A stretch of DNA of 64,000 bases. Source: Opitutales bacterium (GTDB lineage: Bacteria; Verrucomicrobiota; Verrucomicrobiia; Opitutales; JBHJGM01). The notes beneath the pieces were generated by a model. It ran no database searches and had not been told where the DNA came from. It saw nothing but the letters and a program-made list of their open reading frames with translations. The stretch lies in assembly GCA_050331815.1 (NCBI GenBank), contig JBHJGM010000003.1, positions 231,855-295,854 on the forward strand. The letters run 5' to 3'. Made by a program: the position numbers and the translations under genes. Shown here piece after piece: positions 20,377 through 27,757 of this stretch; position 1 is the stretch's first letter, and every line of letters begins with the position of its first letter.

Positions 20377-22714
20377 GCCTACCGACCCTGCCTTTTACGA
20401 GGCGGAGTATCGCGAATACTGGAACCGTCCCGACCGCTGGAACACAGATTCCTTCGAAGACGCCGACACCATCGCGGCGACGATCCTGCGCACCTGCGGG
20501 CCGGGTGCGGTGCTGGATGTCGGGTGCGGGATGGGATCACTGGTCAAGGCGCTGCTCAAACTGGGACTCGATACCCACGGGCTCGACGTCACCGAACGCA
20601 CGGTCGCCCACGGCAACACGTTTTCTCCGGGCCGCTTTCACCTGGGCTCAGCCCTGAAGCTGCCTTTCGAGGACGGGGCCTTCGATACACTGGTTTCGAC
20701 CGACTGCCTCGAGCACATCGCCGCCGAGCATCTACCGCAGGTCTTGCGGGAGTTCCGGCGCGTGGCCAGGCGAAACGTTTACGTCCGCGTGGCGACTACC
20801 CCCGACCGTGACCGCCGCTGGCACCTGACTGTGCAGCCGCGGGCCTGGTGGGAGCAGCAGTTCATCGATGCCGGCTTCCTGCGCCATCCGCGCCTGTTGC
20901 AAGTGCGCAACTTCTGCGATCTCGGCGCGGATGACTGGAATGTTTCCATGCTCTGGCAAAAGACGGGCACCCAGTTGGCGGCTTCGACGGGTAATGGCTT
21001 TTTGGACGTCGTCGGCGGCGAGGCCGAAGCTGCCCTTGCCCGACTGGTGCAAGCCGCCGAGACCCTGCGACCGAACGACCGTGCGCTGGTGGTCGGTCCG
21101 CGGGCAGCGCACGCGGCAATTGTACTGAGCGAACTGGCTCAGGTTGACACCGTCAGCGCGTACCACACGCCTGATAGCATCGATGCTGACGGCGTCTGGG
21201 ACTGGATTTTTCTGGAGGTAGCTCAAGCGGATCTCCCGTTGTATCAGAATCTATGTACGCGCCTGGTGCCAGGGGGACGTCTGGTGCTAAGTCTGGCCGA
21301 AGCCGAACACTCTGGCCAGACCCCCGGCAGCGTGCTGGAGTCATTTCCAGACCTGCACGGCGAAAAGGCTTGGCGTATCGCTTTGGCGGATACGGCGCAC
21401 CAGCCTCCGTTGCCCCGGCGGCAGGATCGTATCGATCTGCAATCGAAGCTCACTTCCAGCGTGCAAAGCTGGGTTGTCGCCATTGGTCTGAAAGACCCCT
21501 TCGCGGGCTCTCCCGAGGCCTACACACAGCGCATCTATCCGCAGCTGAATTTGACTGGGTTGAACCTCAAAGCTTTCGAGCGCGACTACGAAAACCCCTG
21601 GCTGGTTAATGCCCTGGTTGTCTGGGGGCAACGGGCCGATAACGACGCGTTGCTCAAGTCCCTGGCCGAACGTACGCTGGCGGACGCATCGGCAGCCGGC
21701 GCTGCGGACCGTGGCGCGGCTTTGTGCGTACTGCTATATCGCGAGCTGGAAAACGTTTCAGCGGATGAAAAAGCCGCGCGTAAGCGACTTGCGGAAGTCG
21801 AAAATTATCTGACCACGCCCGCCCAAAATCCACACCAACTGCGCTGGCGCATTTCGCTGGAGTTTGCCTCCGCCTGTCTGCTGCAAGCCCTCGGCGAACT
21901 CGCAGAAGCCGAGAACCGCTTTTTCACCTGCAGCCAACGGGATGCCGGCGCGTTCAGCCCGCTGCTGGGGACCAAGACCGTCGCCGCCGCCTTCAAGGCC
22001 GGTTGGCTGGCAGCATGTCAGGGAAATCTGGATACAGCTCGCGAGCGCTGGCAGTGGGGGATCGAATCGGCGCAGGGTCTCTGCCAGGGCTCGTGGTTTG
22101 AGATTCTTGGGAAAGCCTGCGACCCGTATCCCTGGGGTTTGATGGAACTGCAGGAAGTCCTTGGCTGGGCTCAGCGCTGTGCGCAGGCGCTGGAGGGCAG
22201 CAAGCAGTTTGAGCGTAGCCCCGCGCGGTTGGCGGCTTGCGTGGAGTTTTCGCTGGCCCAGCGAGAGAAAGCCCAGCTGACGACCCTGCGCGAGTTGCAG
22301 CTTGGTGCAAGCCAGGCCGGGCAGCGTATCCACGAGTTGGAGACAGAGGTGCGCGATCAGGTGCGGCAGCTACGCCAGCTCTGGCAACAGCGTATCCTTC
22401 GGGAATCGGCGCAGCGCGAGGTGCTCTTCTGGGGGGCGAGTGTCTGCGGCACGCACGCATTGGATTACTTAGAGCAGGCCTCCGGGCAGGTGAGCGGCTT
22501 TATCGACAAGGACCCCGCCAAAATCGGCACCGCTTTTCAGAAGCGCCCGGTCAACGCTCCGGACGTGTTGCAGGCCCTGGCTGTGAAACCATTTGTGGCG
22601 ATCACCTCTGTTCACGCGCCCGCCATCGCACGTGAACTGACCGAGGCGGGCTGGGTCGAGGAAACGGATTTTGCCAACCTCTTCGCGCCGGTCATGCGCT
22701 GGAAGCACATCTAG
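20357..22714 (+). CDS. Multidomain class I SAM-dependent methyltransferase (785 aa) with helical/coiled-coil region and C-terminal PglD_N-like module
   Basis: Motif I VLDVGCGMGSLVKALLKLGLDTHGLDV plus FDTLVSTDCLEHI. A second, degenerate Rossmann-like segment (RALVVGPRAAHAAIVL..PGGRLVLSL). Coiled coil (LQLGASQAGQRIHELETEVRDQVRQLRQL). Tail VLFWGASVCGTHALDYLEQASGQVSGFIDKDPAKIGTAFQKRPVNAPDVL. Confidence 0.75.
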   Translation: MSQALCEPTDPAFYEAEYREYWNRPDRWNTDSFEDADTIAATILRTCGPGAVLDVGCGMGSLVKALLKLGLDTHGLDVTERTVAHGNTFSPGRFHLGSALKLPFEDGAFDTLVSTDCLEHIAAEHLPQVLREFRRVARRNVYVRVATTPDRDRRWHLTVQPRAWWEQQFIDAGFLRHPRLLQVRNFCDLGADDWNVSMLWQKTGTQLAASTGNGFLDVVGGEAEAALARLVQAAETLRPNDRALVVGPRAAHAAIVLSELAQVDTVSAYHTPDSIDADGVWDWIFLEVAQADLPLYQNLCTRLVPGGRLVLSLAEAEHSGQTPGSVLESFPDLHGEKAWRIALADTAHQPPLPRRQDRIDLQSKLTSSVQSWVVAIGLKDPFAGSPEAYTQRIYPQLNLTGLNLKAFERDYENPWLVNALVVWGQRADNDALLKSLAERTLADASAAGAADRGAALCVLLYRELENVSADEKAARKRLAEVENYLTTPAQNPHQLRWRISLEFASACLLQALGELAEAENRFFTCSQRDAGAFSPLLGTKTVAAAFKAGWLAACQGNLDTARERWQWGIESAQGLCQGSWFEILGKACDPYPWGLMELQEVLGWAQRCAQALEGSKQFERSPARLAACVEFSLAQREKAQLTTLRELQLGASQAGQRIHELETEVRDQVRQLRQLWQQRILRESAQREVLFWGASVCGTHALDYLEQASGQVSGFIDKDPAKIGTAFQKRPVNAPDVLQALAVKPFVAITSVHAPAIARELTEAGWVEETDFANLFAPVMRWKHI

Positions 22715-22731
22715 TCGAAGCGATTTGCCAC

Positions 22732-24078
22732 ATGATTTACGATCCAGCCGAAACTGAAATTCGCCTGAACCCGAGCGGCGAAGGCACCGGTGTCGCGCGC
22801 GCCGCGTACGATGCGGGTCGCCCGGAAAAAGCTCTGGGTGCGCTCTGCCATGCGCCGTTCGTGGGGCTGGATTTTTCGCCTACGGGCCACGTCACGGTCT
22901 GCAACCACTTCCATCAATCGCTGGCTCAAGTGGATGAAGACTTTTCCATTCTGGAGTTCTGGCGCGGTCCGGCGCTGAAGGCACTGCGGCAATCGATGCG
23001 GCAGTATCGGATCAATCCCGAGCACTGTCGCCACTGCGCCTATCAGATTCAGGCCCGTAGTTTTACGGAAACCTTCGCGCGTGCGCAGTACGATGTTTCA
23101 GCAACGGGCGATTTCGACCCGCCGTATCCGCGCCGGATGATCTTTCGCCTCAACAACACCTGCAACCAGGCCTGCGTGATGTGCAGTGCGTCGACGTCCT
23201 CGCGATTCCGCAAGGAGGTCGAGGGTCTGCCGCTGGAGGCCTCGCGCTACGGCCCCAGGTTTTTCGCTGAGCTTGAGGAAATCCTGCCGCACCTGGAGCA
23301 CATCGAATTTTACGGCGGCGAGCCGTTTCTGGTGCGTGAACACCTGCGCATTTTCGAGCTGCTGGAGTCTACCCAGTCCCCTGCCACGCTTTACGTTAAC
23401 ACCAACGCCACGGCCCTCAACGCCCGCTCGAAGGGCTTTCTTGAGCGGCTCAACTTTACCTGCATCGCGGTCTCCATGGACGCCGTCAGCGCTCAGGTGC
23501 ATGAGACCGTACGCTTTGGCCTGAAGCAGGAGCGCTTCCTGGCCAACCTGGATTGGCTGCAAAAGCTGGCGCAGCGCCGGGGCATCTACCTGGTGCTCAA
23601 CGTAACCGAACACCGCAAGAACTGGTTCGAGCTACCACAGATTTTTGAGTTCGCCGTAACGCGCGATTTGCCCATCCACATCAACACCTGTGTGCACCCG
23701 GCCAACGTTACCCTCTACACCCTCGACGACGGGCACCTGCGCTATCTCGATGACTTTTTCACCCGCCATTTTGAGCGGTTGAGCGAGGCCTGGTCCGACT
23801 TCCGCAACCGCCCGGCCTACCAGCATTTGCTCAGCCTGGTGCGCGGGGAGCTCGACAAGCGAAACGCGGGTGAGCGAACGACTTCGTTTGGCCACTCCAA
23901 GCTCAGCGATGGTCTGCTGGCGGTCCCGCTGCCCGGCGAAGGCACCTTTGCCGAGCCGGCGGTCATCGACTTCGAACTGAGTCGGATGCGTGAGTTTTTG
24001 GACGAAGCGGAGTTCGAACGGATGGAACGCGGCCTGCGCGCGCGGGCGACCGCAGCGACTGAAACTTCAGTTGTATAG
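22732..24078 (+). CDS. Radical-SAM protein with N-terminal SPASM/twitch-like Cys motif
   Basis: The N-terminus CHAPFVGLDFSPTGHVTVCNHF..EFWRGPALKALR..EHCRHCAYQ has the C-x2-P..G-x4-C..C-x2-C SPASM/twitch pattern. It precedes the core motif LNNTCNQACVMC (CxxxCxxC) and FYGGEPFL. Confidence 0.75.
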   Translation: MIYDPAETEIRLNPSGEGTGVARAAYDAGRPEKALGALCHAPFVGLDFSPTGHVTVCNHFHQSLAQVDEDFSILEFWRGPALKALRQSMRQYRINPEHCRHCAYQIQARSFTETFARAQYDVSATGDFDPPYPRRMIFRLNNTCNQACVMCSASTSSRFRKEVEGLPLEASRYGPRFFAELEEILPHLEHIEFYGGEPFLVREHLRIFELLESTQSPATLYVNTNATALNARSKGFLERLNFTCIAVSMDAVSAQVHETVRFGLKQERFLANLDWLQKLAQRRGIYLVLNVTEHRKNWFELPQIFEFAVTRDLPIHINTCVHPANVTLYTLDDGHLRYLDDFFTRHFERLSEAWSDFRNRPAYQHLLSLVRGELDKRNAGERTTSFGHSKLSDGLLAVPLPGEGTFAEPAVIDFELSRMREFLDEAEFERMERGLRARATAATETSVV

Positions 24079-26154
24079 CAGCACGTGCTCGAGCTTAAGG
24101 TGCTGCAAGCGCTGGTGCATCTGCGTTTCCGCCGCGCGCGAGGAGTAGATCACGGTGTCGATGGATGCCGCGGGCAGGCACTCCGGGCTCCAGCAGGGCT
24201 TGCCTAGGAAGGTGCCGCCTGAACGGCGGTCGACAAAGCCCGCCAGTCCGTCGGCCAACCACGGGCACAGCAGCAGAAGTACCCGCGTGTGCTCGCCGAT
24301 GCCGTAGATGGCGATGCGCGCCTTGTGCGCCCCCCAGTCAGCCTTGCGTGCCAGCAAGCGATCGCGTGCGCCGAGCAATTCCCGAGAGAGCGGGACTGCC
24401 CCGTCTGCCGGGCACAAGGCAGCCAGCAGGTGGTAAATCGAGGACGGTGCTTTCACTTGCGAGAGCACCTGGATCAGCGGCGACAAATCGGGGCGACGGC
24501 CTGCCGGCAGGGCTCCGAGCGCTTTGACCTGATTGAGATCGAGCTTGGGTGTACCGCCCTGAGTACCGCGTTCAGTGCGAGCGGCAACGATCGGTGCGAC
24601 CGCAACCGTCTCGCCACGTAGCAGCAAACTGGATACGATCTCAGCGGGTATGGCGATTTCGCCAAAGCTGTCTTTCGAATCCGCGACGGCCACGGGTACA
24701 GCATACGCTTCCTTATCCAGCAGGAGCGTTTCCAAGTCGCAGGTCGTCGGCGCGCGCAGCAGGCCGTCTCCGCCGCCCGGCGCATCTTCCAGCACGAAGC
24801 CTAGCACGGCTTTTGCCTTCGATAAGGCGAGGGCATCTTTCAAATTTGCCTCAGCGGTTTCATCCAGGCAGACCGACCGGGGTAGGTGGACACGGGCAGA
24901 CGCGGAGGCGTCTCCGGGTTGGGCCGTTTGGATTGGCGGCTGCAGCCCGCGCATGAAAGATAACTGGCGGTCGTTCGCCTGATCCGCCTGAAAGCCCGTG
25001 CTGAAATCGACTTCCAGCCGGTCCTCGCGAAACACGGTTTCCAATTTCTCCTGGATGCCGCGCGTTGTCGGCATGCAAAGGAGGTGCGCGTTGGCCTCGC
25101 CAACGATCTCGGGGATGCCGCCCGCGCGCGTGGTCAGAAACGCCCGGCGGTTTTCAAAAAGCTCGATAACGGTAAAGGGGAGGTTGTCGAGGAGGCTTGG
25201 GGCAACGATGAGGCAGTTTTCGCGGGTTCGTAAAAGTTCCCAGACCTGCTGCGAGTCGAGGTTGCTTCGAATTTCCCAACGATTTGAAAAATGCGGTTCC
25301 AGGCTTGCTTGAATCACTTGGTCCGCCGGTCGACCGAGGACGGTCTCGGGTTTTCCCAGAAAGGTGATCTGGCGCACCTTTTCCTGAAGCAGCGTCGAGC
25401 GTTCCAGCGCCTGCAGAAAAAAGTGCAGCCCCTTGCGGGTTTCCAGCCGCCCGAAAAAAATCAGATCGCGAAACCCGCTGAAGCACGTCTTTGCACCTGG
25501 AGTTTGTGTAGGCTCGAAGGCGTAGGGAACCACGGTGATGCGCTCGCGTGGATGCTTCCAATGTGCGGCCATCCAGTCGGCCATGTGCGCCGAGGGCGCG
25601 GTCACGTTTTCACATAGCAGCGCCGAATGCCGCTCCATGTGGTGAATCTGCAGCGCACGGGCACCGGAAAAAGACTGCCGCATGCCCTGATAAGTCCAGC
25701 GCAGCGGACCATGCGCGGTCAGGGCGCAGCGCGTGTTCTCGAGCCCGAGCCCGGCCGCACGGTACTGCAGGCTACGCAGGCCGTGACCCAGAAACTCCTG
25801 AAAAAGCAGCGTGCGAAAAGGCTGTTTTTTTAGAAATTCCAGCACCTTGAGCGACTGGCGCATCTCGTCGCCGTCGGGCTGAAGCGCGTATCGATCGAGC
25901 TCGGGAGCATGCTTCGCGCACCATTCGTTGAGGTCTACGTACTTCAGGCCGTGCGCGCGCAAAAAATGACCCTGCCAGTAAGCCGGCATCTCTACGTTGG
26001 TGCGCCCGGTGTACAGGACGGTGATGTCTTCTCCGGCGCGTGCCAACAGGAGCGCTTGCCAGTAGCAGGCGGTTCCGACGCCGCCATTACGGTAAGGCCC
26101 GACAAATTCCGGCGCGATCAGGCAAACCGGCGAGATCCCCCTCGTGTCCTCCAA
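24067..26154 (-). CDS. GT-B glycosyltransferase, paralog 1, with long C-terminal extension ending in a PglD_N-like module
   Basis: CLIAPEFVGPYRNGGVGTACYWQA.., LIFFGRLETRKGLHFFLQAL, APSLLDNLPFTVIELFE..RAGGIPEIV. Tail IAIYGIGEHTRVLL..GFVDRRSGGTFLGKPCWSPECL. The ORF runs to 26379, but an in-frame TTG at 26154 gives M-EDTRGISPVCLIAPEF. That parallels the paralog start MEAGTCIVAPEF and avoids overlap with the divergent gene. Confidence 0.72.
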   Translation of the reverse strand: MEDTRGISPVCLIAPEFVGPYRNGGVGTACYWQALLLARAGEDITVLYTGRTNVEMPAYWQGHFLRAHGLKYVDLNEWCAKHAPELDRYALQPDGDEMRQSLKVLEFLKKQPFRTLLFQEFLGHGLRSLQYRAAGLGLENTRCALTAHGPLRWTYQGMRQSFSGARALQIHHMERHSALLCENVTAPSAHMADWMAAHWKHPRERITVVPYAFEPTQTPGAKTCFSGFRDLIFFGRLETRKGLHFFLQALERSTLLQEKVRQITFLGKPETVLGRPADQVIQASLEPHFSNRWEIRSNLDSQQVWELLRTRENCLIVAPSLLDNLPFTVIELFENRRAFLTTRAGGIPEIVGEANAHLLCMPTTRGIQEKLETVFREDRLEVDFSTGFQADQANDRQLSFMRGLQPPIQTAQPGDASASARVHLPRSVCLDETAEANLKDALALSKAKAVLGFVLEDAPGGGDGLLRAPTTCDLETLLLDKEAYAVPVAVADSKDSFGEIAIPAEIVSSLLLRGETVAVAPIVAARTERGTQGGTPKLDLNQVKALGALPAGRRPDLSPLIQVLSQVKAPSSIYHLLAALCPADGAVPLSRELLGARDRLLARKADWGAHKARIAIYGIGEHTRVLLLLCPWLADGLAGFVDRRSGGTFLGKPCWSPECLPAASIDTVIYSSRAAETQMHQRLQHLKLEHVLLYN

Positions 26155-26248
26155 GATGTGCGCATGACAGAACAGCGCCCGCCCGCCTGGCAAGCGAATT
26201 TGCCGACAGACCCTAAGCAGTTGCCCACGCGGGTCGATTCTCGCTGCT

Positions 26249-27757
26249 ATGGCTTTTGGCGCGCGCAGCGAACTCACTCGGGCTTTGTACCTTTGCGGGG
26301 AGCCCATCGCCGTTGGTAAAACCGGGCAATTGCTGCGCGAAGCCGGCATCGACTTTGAAGGCTGGCTGAGCCTGCCCAATCCCGGGGACGCAGCCAGCAG
26401 CGCGCGTCACCTTGAGGCCCGCCTCGCGGCCAACCCAGACCGCTACAATGGTGTGCAATGGATGCCGTGTTTCAGCGAGGCGGCGGATTTCATCCGTTTT
26501 CATGACGCGGTGCGAGCGTCGGATGTCTTGGCCGGATTGCGCTTGCTGCATCCGGCCTGGCTGCTGCGCTGGAATCCGGCAGCCAAAGCCTCGGGCATAC
26601 TTTTCACCGGCTTTTGGAGTTCGGGAAACACGATTCAGGGCGTGTTGCTGGATCAGCTTTGGCGCCAACGCGAAGCGCAGACCCGTCCTACGCCAGCAGT
26701 ACTGCAGTGTCGCCAATTGGCCCAGCAGTTTCAGGAGTGCCTGCGGATTTTTCAGGAACGCGCTTTCGTCGACAGTGGCCTGACCGACTTGCGCATCCGC
26801 AGTCACGAGCATTTTTGGCTGGGCAGTCTCTACGGTTTCGATGGTAACCACGGAGTCGTTGTGGGCCCGTTTGAGCATCGCCGTCCCTTCTGCGGCGAGT
26901 TTCTTTCCGGTCACTTTTGCGAGGAAGACGTCAGCGCCGATTCGCTACAGGCCTTGGGCTTGGAGCCCTGGCTGGCACTGAGGCACCCTCTCGACGTACT
27001 GTGCTCGCTGGCGGCGAAAACCACCTTCGAGAGCGATCGCCTGCCCAACCCGCCCGACCGCCTTAAGTTGCGCCAGGCCCGTCTGTCCTCGGTGGATTGG
27101 TTCCAGGCGCAATGCCGGCGTCTGGCCGATTATCTGGCAGGCTTTGCGCACCAGAATGCCGCCTGGAACCTGGCGCGTTTTGAAGCGCTCAATGCCAATC
27201 CCGAGCGCTGGATTTTTGCGGCGGCACGGCGGCTGGGCAGTGACTGCTCGGTGGCGGGCGCACGCGAGCTTTGGAACCGCTTTGGCTCGCGTCCGCTGTA
27301 CCCGGCCTGGCAATCCCACCACACGCCCCAGGCCCAGCGCCGTTCCTGGCAGGGCCTGCTGACCGAAGCGCATTTGGATTGTGCACGTGAGCACGGGCTG
27401 GAGTCCATGGCGTGTACCCTGGGTTATGGGGCCTTTAAGGAAACGCCGCTGCAACCCATGTGCGAAGCGCCAAAACTCGGTGAAGCCACCCCTGCAGACC
27501 GCGCGCAGATGGAACAGGTGGATCTCGATAAGCGCTCGGTACCGATTCGCGTGGGTAACCGTTCACTACGCCTGGAGTTCTGGGGTGGGGGCCCACGACC
27601 GTTGCTGGAAAAACGACTGCGCACGCCGGAACGCTGGCGCTTTATCGGGCTACTCGACCCGGATTTCGACATGGCCGCCGCGCCGGTCGAGTTGAGGGCG
27701 AATTCACGCCCAACGCAAAGTGTTCAGGAGTCAGCCTCGAATCCTTCGTCTGTGTAA
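26249..27757 (+). CDS. Hypothetical Trp/Arg-rich protein (502 aa), no recognisable domain
   Basis: 1.5-kb ATG-initiated ORF with GC-biased third positions. It is divergent from GT paralog 1 and its 3' end overlaps GT paralog 2 by 34 nt. The competing antisense ORF 26213-26914 degenerates into Arg-rich sequence. Confidence 0.55.
   Translation: MAFGARSELTRALYLCGEPIAVGKTGQLLREAGIDFEGWLSLPNPGDAASSARHLEARLAANPDRYNGVQWMPCFSEAADFIRFHDAVRASDVLAGLRLLHPAWLLRWNPAAKASGILFTGFWSSGNTIQGVLLDQLWRQREAQTRPTPAVLQCRQLAQQFQECLRIFQERAFVDSGLTDLRIRSHEHFWLGSLYGFDGNHGVVVGPFEHRRPFCGEFLSGHFCEEDVSADSLQALGLEPWLALRHPLDVLCSLAAKTTFESDRLPNPPDRLKLRQARLSSVDWFQAQCRRLADYLAGFAHQNAAWNLARFEALNANPERWIFAAARRLGSDCSVAGARELWNRFGSRPLYPAWQSHHTPQAQRRSWQGLLTEAHLDCAREHGLESMACTLGYGAFKETPLQPMCEAPKLGEATPADRAQMEQVDLDKRSVPIRVGNRSLRLEFWGGGPRPLLEKRLRTPERWRFIGLLDPDFDMAAAPVELRANSRPTQSVQESASNPSSV

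Noticed and set aside
26155-26379. N-terminal 75-aa extension of GT paralog 1 (ORF to 26379), and the 233-aa antisense ORF at 26213-26914
   Set aside because: The extension (MGRLSQPSKSMPASRSNCPV..) has no counterpart in the paralog and would overlap the divergent 502-aa gene by 130 nt. The in-frame TTG at 26154 restores a paralog-like N-terminus. The 233-aa ORF degenerates into Arg-rich sequence.
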